The translations under genes were made by a program, and so were the position numbers. The notes beneath the pieces were generated by a model that searched no databases, was not told where the DNA came from, and saw only the letters and a list, made by a program, of their open reading frames with translations. From an uncultured Clostridia bacterium (lineage in GTDB: Bacteria > Bacillota > Clostridia > Christensenellales > UBA1242), in the NCBI GenBank assembly GCA_944383355.1, contig CALWPF010000004.1:5086-69085 (forward strand): a stretch of DNA of 64,000 nt. The letters are read 5' to 3'. Of this stretch, positions 1-11,276 are shown one piece after another (within the stretch, counting starts at the first letter, position 1; each line of letters starts with the position of its first letter).

Positions 1-398
1 CACACAACACGAGCATTATATTCATTTTGTGAATCTTGATTTTTAGCATCATTGCAAAAATAATAGTGCTTAATTAGGCTCTCAATATATAATCCCGTTC
101 CACCAACGATTACAGGCAAATTACCTCTTTGCCATATCTCTACAATAATTGAATGTGCTCTTTGGGTAAACTGAAAAGTGTTAAAACTATCAAATGGTGA
201 GACTATATCAATCATATGATGCGGACAGATTTTTTTTTCTTGAGTAGTTGGCTTTGAAGTCCCTATATCCAAAGACTTATAGATTTGCATTGAATCAGCT
301 GATATAATCTCTATATTCAAGTATTTGCTCAAATCCAAAGCAAGCGCTGATTTACCAACAGCAGTACTTCCGCAAATTATTAAAATTTCACCTTTCAT
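1..398 (-). CDS. miaA: tRNA dimethylallyltransferase, 5' part (runs off window start; not in ORF track)
   Basis: My translation from ATG at 398 (TAATG overlap with mutL stop): MKGEILIICGSTAVGKSALAL...IISADSMQIYKSLDIGTSKP...VIVGGTGLYIESL, the MiaA P-loop, DSMQIY and GGTGLY motifs. Confidence 0.95.
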   Translation of the reverse strand, partial: MKGEILIICGSTAVGKSALALDLSKYLNIEIISADSMQIYKSLDIGTSKPTTQEKKICPHHMIDIVSPFDSFNTFQFTQRAHSIIVEIWQRGNLPVIVGGTGLYIESLIKHYYFCNDAKNQDSQNEYNARVV

Positions 399-2350
399 TA
401 AAGTTTCCTCTTAAACCATTTATCAAAATCGTTTCTGGTAAACTCTATAACAAATGGTCTCCCGTGAGGGCATTGCAGTGTAACCTTTCCAGAGCTAACA
501 TCTCTAATCAAACTCACTAGTTCCTCTTTGTCTAGGTCATCTCCACCTTTTACAGCATGCTTGCAGGCGTATTGTGCCATTTTATCACGCAATATGTCCT
601 CAGTTTTTATATTCAGGAATGAATTAACATTCGCCAATATTGTATTAAAAAATTTCCCTAAATCTATATCAGCTAAAACACTAGGTACACTATCAACTTT
701 AAAACTCAAATTGCCAAAAGATTCTATTTCAAATCCCAACTCCCTTAACAAGTCAATTTGACTGACAATAAAATCGTGTTCCTGGTAATTTACATCAAAA
801 ATATATGGAATTAGCAATCCTTGTTTTTTAACCTGTTTATTGTTTAGATCGTTTACTAATTTATCATATAATAAGCGTTCATGTGCAGCATGCTGGTCGA
901 CAATGTAAAGTTTATCTTCCTGCTCAACTAAGATAAAAGTATTAAAAACCTTTCCTACAATCTTAGTCTTTAATATCAAATCATTTGCCAGAGTTGCATC
1001 ATCTAATATTTTCTGTTGAATCGGTTGAGGTCTTATATCATCAGTGGTAGATTTTATAGATTCGTATTTGCTAACAAAATTTTCAATGGGTTTTGATTGC
1101 AACTTCTCTATTAAGATCTCACCTAGGGCACTTGCTCCCTCTTCCAATTTATCATGCTGTGAAGGATTAAAGTCAAACAATACTTTAGAAATTGCATTGA
1201 CATCATTGCCATCAAGCGAATTTGTTTTACTTTCTTTTGATACATCTTCCGTTAAAGTATCAACTGATTTTGTATTAATACAATCCGTTTTATCTGGTGA
1301 TGTCGTTCCAGGCACATCTAAAAGAACATTAATACTCGAATACTCCTGAGGTAAATCGGCCAACAAAAAATCATTTATAGCTTTCTCTATGGCGGAATAT
1401 ACAAATCCAAAAATTGTTTGTGGGTTTGAAAATTTTACATCCATTTTTGTAGGGTGTACATTAACATCCACCTCTTCCTTTGGAATAGATAAATTTAATA
1501 CGAAAAAAGGAAAAGCTTGCTTCATCATATATCTTTCGTACGCTCTAGAAACGGCTTGAGAAATCATATAGTTATTAACATATCTCCCATTTATTATCAG
1601 TGTTTGATATGTCCTATTCGGTTTAAAGTAGTTTGTTTTACTACTAAAACCAGTTATTTCATACTGTTTATTAGTACTATGCACTGGTATTATGCACTGT
1701 ATAGTATTGGTGCCATAAATTGAAAAAATAGCATCTTTTAAGCCAGTTCCCTGACTATTATATATAGTTTTGTTATCAGCAATATATTTTATGGAAACAT
1801 CAGGATTAGCCAATATTAATCGAGATATTAATGTGGTTATCTCACCCTCTTCTTGTTTGGGTTTACGCAAGAATTTGGCACGCACTGGCATATTATAAAA
1901 CAAATTATTTACAGAAATATAGGTACCATCTGGGCACCCTTTTTCGGTTTTTTCTGCGACTATACCACCGTCTATTTTCAAAAAAGTACCAGTGACACTA
2001 TCAGTAGTCTTCGTTAGCATCTCTATTTGAGAAACAGAAGCAATAGATGCCAATGCCTCACCTCTAAAACCTAGAGTACTGATCTGCGTCAAGTCATCAG
2101 CAGTTAATATTTTACTAGTTGCATGTGGTAAAAATGCTCTCTCTACGTCATCAGAGTAAATTCCAGAACCGTCATCTCTAACTACTATTTGATTAATACC
2201 ACCATTAGTTATTTCCACTATAATATGCTTAGCACCCGCATCTATGCTGTTTTCTAGCAATTCTTTAACGATAGATGCAGGTCTATCTACCACTTCACCA
2301 GCAGCTATTTTATTAAAAACAGCAGGCTCTAATATATTTATTTTACTCAT
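398..2350 (-). CDS. mutL: DNA mismatch repair endonuclease MutL
   Basis: KIAAGEVVDRPAS, TLGFRGEALASI, DQHAAHER and CPHGRP motifs. Confidence 0.98.
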   Translation of the reverse strand: MSKINILEPAVFNKIAAGEVVDRPASIVKELLENSIDAGAKHIIVEITNGGINQIVVRDDGSGIYSDDVERAFLPHATSKILTADDLTQISTLGFRGEALASIASVSQIEMLTKTTDSVTGTFLKIDGGIVAEKTEKGCPDGTYISVNNLFYNMPVRAKFLRKPKQEEGEITTLISRLILANPDVSIKYIADNKTIYNSQGTGLKDAIFSIYGTNTIQCIIPVHSTNKQYEITGFSSKTNYFKPNRTYQTLIINGRYVNNYMISQAVSRAYERYMMKQAFPFFVLNLSIPKEEVDVNVHPTKMDVKFSNPQTIFGFVYSAIEKAINDFLLADLPQEYSSINVLLDVPGTTSPDKTDCINTKSVDTLTEDVSKESKTNSLDGNDVNAISKVLFDFNPSQHDKLEEGASALGEILIEKLQSKPIENFVSKYESIKSTTDDIRPQPIQQKILDDATLANDLILKTKIVGKVFNTFILVEQEDKLYIVDQHAAHERLLYDKLVNDLNNKQVKKQGLLIPYIFDVNYQEHDFIVSQIDLLRELGFEIESFGNLSFKVDSVPSVLADIDLGKFFNTILANVNSFLNIKTEDILRDKMAQYACKHAVKGGDDLDKEELVSLIRDVSSGKVTLQCPHGRPFVIEFTRNDFDKWFKRKL

Positions 2351-4941
2351 TATTTATCCTTCATTATTTCCTTTATTTCACCTAATTTTGCGAGTGCCTC
2401 TAAGGGAGTTAAATTGTTTATATCAATAGTATCTAGAATTGATTTAATATTTGCAAATACATCTATTTCCCCATTTGGATTAACACCAGTAGTGTTTGGT
2501 AGTACTAAGTTAGTATTTTGCTTGGTTTCATGCTCTCTTAATATAACCTTTGCTCTATCTATAACTTCGTTTGGTATACCTGCAAGTCCAGCTACCTCTA
2601 TACCAAAACTTTTATCAGAATACCCTGCAACAATTTTTCTCAAAAACATTATACTATTATTGTACTCTTTAATTAAAACTTTATAGTTTTTTACTCCGTT
2701 TAGTTTTCCTTCCAAACTAGTCAATTCATGATAATGGGTAGCAAACAATGTTTTTGCTCCAATCTTTTGAACAACATACTCAATAACTGCCCATGCAATA
2801 CTCAAACCATCATAGGTGGAAGTTCCCCGTCCTATCTCATCAAGTATTAATAAACTATTTCGAGTTGCATTTCTCAGTATGTTAGCAACTTCTACCATTT
2901 CCACCATAAAGGTACTCTGACCACGACCTAGATTATCACTAGCCCCTATTCTTGTAAAGATTCTATCTGTCAAACATATTTCCGCCTCAGTTGCTGGGAT
3001 AAAACTACCAATATGGGTCATAAATGTAATTAATGCAACTTGTCTCATATATGTACTCTTTCCAGCCATATTAGGGCCAGTAATAATTAGAGTCTTATTT
3101 TCTTCATCAAGCAGTGTATCATTAGGAACAAACAACTCATTCTTATTTAACTTTTCTACTATTGGATGCCTACCATTTTTTATCCTTATATGTTTTACGT
3201 TCTCGTTAATCTGAGGTTTACAGTAGTTGTTTTCAACAGCTAAATTTGCATAACATAATAAAACATCAACAATTGCTATCTGCCTAGCTGTGCTCTGTAG
3301 TACAGGCATAACCTCCAGCAACTTTTCTCGTATTTTTCTAAATAATTCAAGTTCAAGGTTTAATGCTTTATCTTCTGCCGATAGTATGGTCTCTTGTAAT
3401 TGTTTTAGCTCTACAGTAATAAATCTTTCGCTGTTTGCTAATGTTTGTATCCTTTGGAACCTAAATGGTAATAAGTCTGCATTACTTTTGGGTATATCAA
3501 AAAAATATCCTATGATTTTATTGTAACTAATTTTTAGTGACTTTAGACCAGTTAACTCCTTTTCTTTAGCCTCCAACTCTGACATCCACTTTTTACCTTC
3601 GGTCTTAGCGAGCAAACATTCGTCCAATCGTGCATCAAACCCAGATTTTATGAACCCGCCGTCTTTAATAGTATTGGGAGGATTATCATCAAAAGCACTC
3701 AATAACATATCTCTAATACTCTCAAGCACATCAAGTTTTGTACTACACTCAGCTAATATTTTACTATCAAATTTACTCAACGCTTCTTTGATGTAGGGTA
3801 ACCTATCTAAAGTACTACCAAGAGCAGCACAATTTCTAGGAGTCAAATTGCCGTATGACACTCTACCACATAAGCGCTCAATATCACCTACATTTTTTAA
3901 ACTTTCATATAATTCTGCTCGATTAATATTCTTATCTACCAATTCTTGAACAGCATTCAATCTATCATTAATGATATCTATATTCTGCAGAGGATGCTCA
4001 AGCCAATTCCTTAATAAACGAGCGCCCATTGGTGTTCGAGTTTTATCCATAACCCAAAGTAAAGAGCCATATCTTTTTCTTTCGGCCAAAGATTCAGTCA
4101 GCTCCAAATTCACTCTAGAATTCATATCAAGATGCATATACCGTCCGTCAGAAACGACCTGAACATTATTTATATGAGACAAATCCCTTTTTTGAGTCTG
4201 CAATAGATAATCGATTAATGCACCCGCTGCTATAGTTGCCAATAACTTATCTTGCAAATCCACGATGCTAAGACTAGCAACTTTGAATTGATTTAGTAAT
4301 AGTTTAATGGTGTGGTTTTTATCAAATGCTGAGTCTATGTGTTTATAAAATTGTGGCACTGCATTTACTTTTATGCAAGGCATATCTTTTGATAATAACA
4401 AAGCTGCATTATTACAAATTACTTCACTTGGAGAAATGCTAACTAAAGTATCACTAACTAGTTCTACAGCATTTTGAGCATTAAATTCTTGTACACAAAA
4501 TTCCCCTGTAGATATATCTATCCAACTTAAGCCAATTTTTTCTGGAGAAGATGCAAAAACGCAAGCAATATAGTTATTTTGCTTCTCGTCAAGTAGTGTA
4601 TTCTCCATTATCGTTCCCGGAGTAACAACTCTAACAACATCACGGTCAACTATTTTACCTGGCACTGGTTCGGATAACTGTTCGCAAATTGCTACTTTTT
4701 CTCCTCTGTCTACAAGTTTTGCTATATAAGTATCAGCAGCGTGTGCTGGTATACCACACATAGGGGCACGCTCTCCATCTCCACAATCTCTTGCTGTTAA
4801 TGCCAGCCCTAGTATTGGGGCTACTCTTTCTGCATCTTCAAAAAACATTTCATAAAAATCACCCAAACGATAAAAAAGTACACAATCTTTGTACTCTTCT
4901 TTTTTTAAAATGTAATTCTTCATCATTTGTGATAAAGCCAT
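2350..4941 (-). CDS. mutS: DNA mismatch repair protein MutS
   Basis: FYRLGDFYEMF, ITGPNMAGKSTYMRQ, STFMVEM, DEIGRGTST motifs. Confidence 0.98.
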   Translation of the reverse strand: MALSQMMKNYILKKEEYKDCVLFYRLGDFYEMFFEDAERVAPILGLALTARDCGDGERAPMCGIPAHAADTYIAKLVDRGEKVAICEQLSEPVPGKIVDRDVVRVVTPGTIMENTLLDEKQNNYIACVFASSPEKIGLSWIDISTGEFCVQEFNAQNAVELVSDTLVSISPSEVICNNAALLLSKDMPCIKVNAVPQFYKHIDSAFDKNHTIKLLLNQFKVASLSIVDLQDKLLATIAAGALIDYLLQTQKRDLSHINNVQVVSDGRYMHLDMNSRVNLELTESLAERKRYGSLLWVMDKTRTPMGARLLRNWLEHPLQNIDIINDRLNAVQELVDKNINRAELYESLKNVGDIERLCGRVSYGNLTPRNCAALGSTLDRLPYIKEALSKFDSKILAECSTKLDVLESIRDMLLSAFDDNPPNTIKDGGFIKSGFDARLDECLLAKTEGKKWMSELEAKEKELTGLKSLKISYNKIIGYFFDIPKSNADLLPFRFQRIQTLANSERFITVELKQLQETILSAEDKALNLELELFRKIREKLLEVMPVLQSTARQIAIVDVLLCYANLAVENNYCKPQINENVKHIRIKNGRHPIVEKLNKNELFVPNDTLLDEENKTLIITGPNMAGKSTYMRQVALITFMTHIGSFIPATEAEICLTDRIFTRIGASDNLGRGQSTFMVEMVEVANILRNATRNSLLILDEIGRGTSTYDGLSIAWAVIEYVVQKIGAKTLFATHYHELTSLEGKLNGVKNYKVLIKEYNNSIMFLRKIVAGYSDKSFGIEVAGLAGIPNEVIDRAKVILREHETKQNTNLVLPNTTGVNPNGEIDVFANIKSILDTIDINNLTPLEALAKLGEIKEIMKDK

Positions 4942-4956
4942 ATTAATATACCCTCT

Positions 4957-6285
4957 TTATATTGTCTTGCCGATCAAATCACCTTTTACATAATCAATTA
5001 ACTTGACTTCAGCGAAACTGCCCACTTTTAAATCATTGCTTTTTTTATCAATTAGAATAATTTTCCCACATTGTAGTTTTGCTATAAATGAATCTTTATT
5101 CTCATCTTCAACCAATACTCTCTCTTGCTTATTTATCAAATTTCTAAAAATTTTATCAGAAATTTCATGCTGAATATTCAATAAATCATGTATTCTTTTG
5201 CGTTTTACATCTATTGCAATTTGATTTTCCATCTTCTCTGCTATCGTGCCTTTTCTTTTGCTATACATAAAAATAAAAGCATTAGAATATTGCACCTTTT
5301 CTATCAAATCCACTGTATCTTGGTAATCCTTATCAGTCTCTCCAGGGAAACCAACAATTATATCTGTAGATAGCTTCACATTAGGGATCTTAGATTTTAT
5401 TTTTGAAACTAAATCCAAATAATTTTCTCTAGTATAATTCCTATTCATAGCTTTTAATACGCTATTACTTCCAGATTGTACTGGCAGATGTATTGCTCTA
5501 CTTATTTTAGGTTGATTAGCAATTACATCTATCACATCATCACTCAAATCTTTTGGATGAGAGGACATAAATCTAATTTCAAAATCTCCATCAAGTGCAG
5601 TTATTTGCTCCAGCAATTTGGCGAAATTTATATCTTCAGTCAAATCTTTACCATATGAATTTACATTTTGCCCTAATAGAGTTATTACTTTATACCCCAT
5701 ATTTACCAAAGTTTGTACTTCTTTGATTATGTCGGCAGGTGCTCTACTATGCTCCCTACCACGTACGAATGGAACTATACAATATGTACAAAAATTATTA
5801 CAGCCATAAATAATATTAACAAACGCATGCAGCTTACTATCTCTTGCCATACTTATAGCATTTTTATTCTCAATGTAGTCCTTATCAGCTATTACCATAT
5901 TTTGAAATTTTCTCTGCTCCAAAAACCTATCCAAGTACTCACCAAAATATTCTACATTGTTTGCTCCAAATATAATATCTATAAAAGGAAATTTTTGTTT
6001 CAAATAACCAGCCATATTAGATTGCTGAGACATACAACCACATACCGCCACAATTAAATCTTTCTTATTCTTTTTTATTGGTTTTATAGCACCTATATTA
6101 CCCAAGATCTTTTGTTCAGCACTTTCTCGAATGCAGCATGTATTAAAAACTATAATATCAGCATCTTCTGGTTTCTCAGTCGCTGTATATCCTTTGCTAT
6201 TCAGTACACCTGCCAATTTCTCGGATTCATGCACATTCATTTGGCAACCGTATGTAAAAATATAATAATATCCTCTAACTTTCAT
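4957..6285 (-). CDS. miaB: tRNA methylthiotransferase MiaB
   Basis: TYGCQMNVHESE, NTCCIRE, GCNNFCTYC radical SAM motif; next to mutS-mutL-miaA. Confidence 0.93.
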   Translation of the reverse strand: MKVRGYYYIFTYGCQMNVHESEKLAGVLNSKGYTATEKPEDADIIVFNTCCIRESAEQKILGNIGAIKPIKKNKKDLIVAVCGCMSQQSNMAGYLKQKFPFIDIIFGANNVEYFGEYLDRFLEQRKFQNMVIADKDYIENKNAISMARDSKLHAFVNIIYGCNNFCTYCIVPFVRGREHSRAPADIIKEVQTLVNMGYKVITLLGQNVNSYGKDLTEDINFAKLLEQITALDGDFEIRFMSSHPKDLSDDVIDVIANQPKISRAIHLPVQSGSNSVLKAMNRNYTRENYLDLVSKIKSKIPNVKLSTDIIVGFPGETDKDYQDTVDLIEKVQYSNAFIFMYSKRKGTIAEKMENQIAIDVKRKRIHDLLNIQHEISDKIFRNLINKQERVLVEDENKDSFIAKLQCGKIILIDKKSNDLKVGSFAEVKLIDYVKGDLIGKTI

Positions 6286-6442
6286 TTTATCACCATTTTC
6301 TTAATTTCAGTTACTTATTAAAGCAACACATTTTAACTTATATATGATATCATTTTTTACCCATTTTTTCAACACTTTGTGATTAAAAAAATACATGTGT
6401 TACATACTATACAAAAGAATGAAATAAGTAAAAAGGTTTAAT

Positions 6443-8677
6443 ATGAAAAAGATTTATAAAGCTATTATTGTAGCGTTTGCTCTATTAGTGTTGATTCCTC
6501 TAATTTTTTTTATGATACTTTTTGGAATTAACTTGAGTACAGTGCACTTAGATACATCAATGTTAAATAGTTATAATTCAAAAATTACTCTATATGACAG
6601 AGATAGTACTCCAATAATACAAACATCACCTACTGGACAAAATACCGTAAACTTAAACGAGTTACCACAATATGTTATAGATGCCTTTATAGCCACAGAA
6701 GACAAAAGATTTTATGAACATAATGGTATTAATATTGGCAGAATTATCAAAGCAACATTCACAAATATTATTAATGGCTATGCCAAGGAAGGCGCCTCCA
6801 CCATTACTCAACAGCTGATAAAAAACACGCATCTATCAAGCGAAAAAACTTTAGATAGAAAAGTAAAAGAGATATTGCTAGCATTACAGCTAGAAAAAGA
6901 ATACACAAAAGATGAAATTCTTTCAACTTATTTTAATATCTTATACTTTGGTCACAATATTTATGGCTTGCAAGATGCAAGCACAATATATTTTGGACAT
7001 GATGCAACCGAATTAACATTATGGGAAAGTGCGACTTTGGCAGGTATTATAAAATCTCCAGCAAGTTATTCTCCTATAAACAATCCAGAAAATTGTCAAA
7101 ATCGAAGAAATTTGGTGCTATCGCTCATGTTAAAACAATCAAAGATAACTCAAGATGAGTTTAATAATGCTATTCAAAAGCCACTTAAGATTGCAAACTA
7201 TGATACAAAAAGCGAGTCATTATATTACAAAATGGTTAGAGACGAAGCTCTAAAATTACTGAATATCAGCGAAAAAGAATTGAGCACCAGTGGACTTAAA
7301 GTTTATACATATCTAAATAAAAATTTGCAAGATAAGCTCACTTCAATACACTCAGAATTAAAACTTACCTCATCACAGAATGATATAATAATGATTGCAG
7401 ATAATAAAGCTAATTCTATTATAGCATGTGTTGGTAACAAAGAAGACAGTAAAAGACAATGTGGCAGTCTAATAAAACCTATATTATGTTATGCAAGCGC
7501 TTTTGAGAATAATATCCTCACCCCGGCTTCACATATTTTAGATGATGAAATAGATTATAATGGCTATTCACCTAAAAACGCAAACGGAAAGTTTAATGGT
7601 TGGGTAACGGTAAGAAACGCCTTGACCCAATCACTAAATATACCAGCAGTGAAAACTCTTGAGTATGTCGGAATTGATAATGCAAAAAAATTTGCAAAAC
7701 AATTTGGATTAGAATTTACACCAGATGATAATCACTTAGCATTGGCTCTTGGCGCTATGGAACAAGGAACAACAGTTAAACAAATTTGCGATGCTTTTAC
7801 AACATTTGCAAATAACGGATACTACTATCCAAGTGCATTCATTTCAAAAATCGAAGATTTCTCAGGAAAAGTTCTATATTCGAGAGCAACTGAAAAGCAA
7901 GAACAAAAAGCATGCCGTGACGATACCGCCTTCTTGATAAATAATATTTTACAAGATTGTACACAAAAGGGCACAGCAAAAAAATTAGCATCATTAAATT
8001 TACCCATTGCTTCAAAAACAGGAACAGTTGGCTCTGAAAACGGCAAAAATACCGATGCTTGGTGCGTTAGTTATTGCCATGAATATACGATAACATCTTG
8101 GTGTGGTAATGTCAGCGGAGAATCCGAAAATGATTTACCAAAAACGCAAAATGGAGGTACAATTTGCGCTAAAATCAATTATGATATACTAAGTAATTTA
8201 AAACAGACAAACACAATTTCAAATTTTAAAAAGCCTGATAGCGTAATATCTGCTTGGATAGATAAAGATATTCTTGAAAAACAACATAAAGTAATCGTAA
8301 ACGACAAATCAAATGGAATTAAAGAATACTTTAGCAAGTACAATTTGCCCAAAGAAAATAAAAATCTTAAAACTAACAATATTTTTGAGATTAATTATGA
8401 TAGTAAAGATGAATCTATTACTTGGGCATATAATAACAAAAATTCGTATACTGTTGTATATACAGATATGGGAAATATTTCACACTCAAGTAAAGAATTT
8501 TTAACGAGCAATAATATAGCAAAATTTAAAATAAATAAACATAACGTAAAATCATTTTATGTGATATGTACTACCAATAATGGAGATATAATTAAAAGCA
8601 ACGAAATAAAAACTTTTGATACAAAAAAATCCGAACTGCCACTAAGAAAAAAGTTAGCAAAACTATGGTTTCACTAA
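6443..8677 (+). CDS. Class A penicillin-binding protein (transglycosylase/transpeptidase, PBP1A family)
   Basis: N-terminal TM, EDKRFYEHNG, GASTITQQLIKN, SxxK (GSLIKP), SLN, KTGT motifs. Confidence 0.92.
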   Translation: MKKIYKAIIVAFALLVLIPLIFFMILFGINLSTVHLDTSMLNSYNSKITLYDRDSTPIIQTSPTGQNTVNLNELPQYVIDAFIATEDKRFYEHNGINIGRIIKATFTNIINGYAKEGASTITQQLIKNTHLSSEKTLDRKVKEILLALQLEKEYTKDEILSTYFNILYFGHNIYGLQDASTIYFGHDATELTLWESATLAGIIKSPASYSPINNPENCQNRRNLVLSLMLKQSKITQDEFNNAIQKPLKIANYDTKSESLYYKMVRDEALKLLNISEKELSTSGLKVYTYLNKNLQDKLTSIHSELKLTSSQNDIIMIADNKANSIIACVGNKEDSKRQCGSLIKPILCYASAFENNILTPASHILDDEIDYNGYSPKNANGKFNGWVTVRNALTQSLNIPAVKTLEYVGIDNAKKFAKQFGLEFTPDDNHLALALGAMEQGTTVKQICDAFTTFANNGYYYPSAFISKIEDFSGKVLYSRATEKQEQKACRDDTAFLINNILQDCTQKGTAKKLASLNLPIASKTGTVGSENGKNTDAWCVSYCHEYTITSWCGNVSGESENDLPKTQNGGTICAKINYDILSNLKQTNTISNFKKPDSVISAWIDKDILEKQHKVIVNDKSNGIKEYFSKYNLPKENKNLKTNNIFEINYDSKDESITWAYNNKNSYTVVYTDMGNISHSSKEFLTSNNIAKFKINKHNVKSFYVICTTNNGDIIKSNEIKTFDTKKSELPLRKKLAKLWFH

Positions 8678-9484
8678 CTTTAATAAATTGTTCGACATAA
8701 AGTTTTTAACACAATCAATCGATACACCACTTTGCAATAACTTATCACCTACTATAGACAATCCACTATAATCTTTTATATCCTCGGGATAGTATGCAAT
8801 ACCATTAAAATCGGTTCCCCAGCCCAAAGTGTTTTCACCAAACTTTTCAAGAAACCACTTGATAGCGTATATTACTTCTTGACTCGTTAGAGAATTATCT
8901 GTAGACCAAAATTCTGGGAAAAGTGCCAACCCGATATACCCTTTTGATTGAACAATAAGCTCAATTTGTTTATCGGTCAAATTCCTCGGATGTTTACAAA
9001 AAGTATCGAATGCAGTATGGGAGTTAAAAATAGGTTTTGTTGTCATATCCACAAACTCATAAAAACTTTTGCGATTCATATGTGCTGTATCAATAATGAT
9101 ATTAGCGTTTTCTAATTCTTTAACAACCTTTTTCCCCCATTCGGTAAAGTGTCCATCATCTTTCGCTCCGCCACAAAGATAAGTGTTGACATTATGAGAC
9201 AATGTAACACAAAAAGGGTGAGCCTCTATAATTGCATCAATATTTTTAGGTGTTAAAAACCATGCGTTTTCAATAGTAGGAATAGCGATGTCAGAAATGT
9301 TCCTAATAAACTCAAATCTATTAATAATCTTGCGCACTGACACATCTTTTTGATTATTGTAACTAAAATAAGCACAAAATAACGATACAACACCTTGCTT
9401 TTCAACATTTATCAAATAATTTTTTATATTCTCATAAGTCTTGAATTTATAAAACACATCATTATGGCTATCCGCTATTTGCAT
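8663..9484 (-). CDS. Membrane dipeptidase family (peptidase M19) metallohydrolase
   Basis: DSHND, IIDTAH, SHT...HPRNLTD, GTDFNG motifs. Confidence 0.85.
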   Translation of the reverse strand: MQIADSHNDVFYKFKTYENIKNYLINVEKQGVVSLFCAYFSYNNQKDVSVRKIINRFEFIRNISDIAIPTIENAWFLTPKNIDAIIEAHPFCVTLSHNVNTYLCGGAKDDGHFTEWGKKVVKELENANIIIDTAHMNRKSFYEFVDMTTKPIFNSHTAFDTFCKHPRNLTDKQIELIVQSKGYIGLALFPEFWSTDNSLTSQEVIYAIKWFLEKFGENTLGWGTDFNGIAYYPEDIKDYSGLSIVGDKLLQSGVSIDCVKNFMSNNLLKLVKP

Positions 9485-9532
9485 AATATACCCCTTAAAT
9501 GTAAAATCAAACCAAAATAAATATATGCAAAA

Positions 9533-11149
9533 TTACTTGGCATATTCAACAGCTCTTGATTCTCTTATCACATTTACTTTAATTTGCCCAGGATATTCCA
9601 TTTCCTGCTCGATTTGTTTTGCGATATCTTTTGCTAAAAAAACTGCTTTTTCATCAGTAATTTCGTCTGGTTTTACTATTATACGTATTTCTCTTCCCGC
9701 TTGAATAGCATAGGCTTTTTCAACGCCCTTAAATGATGAGCATATTTCTTCTAATCTCTGCAAACGCCTAATATAACTATCCAGAGACTCCCTTCTTGCA
9801 CCTGGTCTAGAGCTCGATATTGTATCTGCAGCTTGTACTAGTATTGCCTCAACACATTCAAATTCAACATCGCCATGGTGTGCTTGAATACAATTTAAGA
9901 CCATTGGATTTTCCTTGTATTTCTTAGCCAATTCATAACCAATACTAACATGTGTACCTTCAACTTCCTGGTCCAATGCTTTTCCAATATCGTGTAGCAA
10001 ACCACCTCTTTTTGCAATATTAATATCACAGCCCAATTCGCTTGCCATCATACCTGCGAGTCTAGAAACCTCAATGCTATGGCGCAAAACATTTTGTCCA
10101 TAACTAGTTCTATATTTTAATCTACCAAGTATTTTGACCAATTCTGGGTGTAACCCATGCACATTAGACTCCAATACAGCGTTTTCGCCAGCTTCTTTTA
10201 TTTCTTGCTCTATATCACGTTGCACCTTGCTAACAGTCTCCTCAATTCTTGCAGGGTGTATTCTACCATCTTGCATCAATTTTTGTATAGCAATGCGAGC
10301 AACCTCACGTTTTATAGGATCAAAGCTAGACAATACTACTGCTTCTGGAGTGTCATCGATTATGAGGTCCACACCAGTAGCATTTTCTATAGCTTTTATA
10401 TTACGTCCTTCACGACCTATTAGTCTACCTTTCATATCCTCATTAGGTAGAGGGATAGTAGTAACTGTAGATTCACTTGTTACATCTGCAGCATATTTTT
10501 GTATTGACATAGCAATAATATTTTGAGCTTTCTTATACGCATTTTCTTTTGCATCTTGCTCAATATCTCGTACCAAAATAGCAGCATCCGCCCTAGCCTC
10601 ATCTTCTATCTTGCTCACCAACTGTGATTTAGCTTGCTCTTTTGTTAATTTGGAAATTCGCTCTAGTTCTCCAACAATCTCGGCTTTTTTATTCTCTAAA
10701 CCCCTCTCCTTTTCTTGTAAATCTTTTTCTTTGGTCTCTAATTTATTTTTTATTTCTTCCAAAATATCGTTTTTCTTCTCAATATTTTGCTCACGACTAT
10801 TTATAAACTCTTCTCTCTGTAGTATTCTCTCATTTAATTTTTCAATTTCGATTCTACGATTTTTCAGCTCTTGCTCTGCTTCAGTTTTTAACTTCAGCGC
10901 TTCTTCTTGTGCTGTTAATTTTGCCTCTTTTTGGATTGTATTGGCTTCCTGTTTTGCTGCATCTATTATTTTTGTCGCATTCGTTTTTGCTTTATCTAAC
11001 TTCTTTATTATTACTGCTCTATAAACAAAAACACTCACTACTGCGCCAATTAGTAGTGCACCAATCAATATAAATATAAACGGTAAAACATTTATCTCAA
11101 AACCAAGCAATCCAATACCAAATTCAAATAGCATTGGCGTTGCCCTCAC
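9533..11149 (-). CDS. rny: Ribonuclease Y
   Basis: TM anchor, coiled coil, KH ([11 protein letters not shown]), HD domain (LLHDIGKA), ends AVEYAK. Confidence 0.97.
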   Translation of the reverse strand: MRATPMLFEFGIGLLGFEINVLPFIFILIGALLIGAVVSVFVYRAVIIKKLDKAKTNATKIIDAAKQEANTIQKEAKLTAQEEALKLKTEAEQELKNRRIEIEKLNERILQREEFINSREQNIEKKNDILEEIKNKLETKEKDLQEKERGLENKKAEIVGELERISKLTKEQAKSQLVSKIEDEARADAAILVRDIEQDAKENAYKKAQNIIAMSIQKYAADVTSESTVTTIPLPNEDMKGRLIGREGRNIKAIENATGVDLIIDDTPEAVVLSSFDPIKREVARIAIQKLMQDGRIHPARIEETVSKVQRDIEQEIKEAGENAVLESNVHGLHPELVKILGRLKYRTSYGQNVLRHSIEVSRLAGMMASELGCDINIAKRGGLLHDIGKALDQEVEGTHVSIGYELAKKYKENPMVLNCIQAHHGDVEFECVEAILVQAADTISSSRPGARRESLDSYIRRLQRLEEICSSFKGVEKAYAIQAGREIRIIVKPDEITDEKAVFLAKDIAKQIEQEMEYPGQIKVNVIRESRAVEYAK

Positions 11150-11200
11150 TTTTATTTTTACTAGAATACAAATAAGTAAAAACTTATTCTGTACAAAATG

Positions 11201-11229
11201 ATTGTATTAGAAAAAAAATAAAAAGTCAA
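11201..11229 (-). promoter_or_regulatory. sigmaA-type promoter of rny
   Basis: TTGACT-17 bp-TACAAT on minus strand. Confidence 0.6.
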
Positions 11230-11246
11230 GTGTATTGATAAAAAAC

Positions 11247-11272
11247 AAAACCACCTATTAATAGGTGATTTT
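11247..11272 (-). terminator. Hairpin/terminator after recA
   Basis: CACCTATT/AATAGGTG inverted repeat followed by a T-run on minus strand. Confidence 0.55.
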
Positions 11273-11276
11273 ACAA

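Noticed and set aside
6380-6409. sigmaG-like promoter (CATACTA -10) upstream of the PBP1A gene
   Set aside because: The -10 is perfect but no convincing -35 at 17-18 bp; too weak in AT-rich DNA
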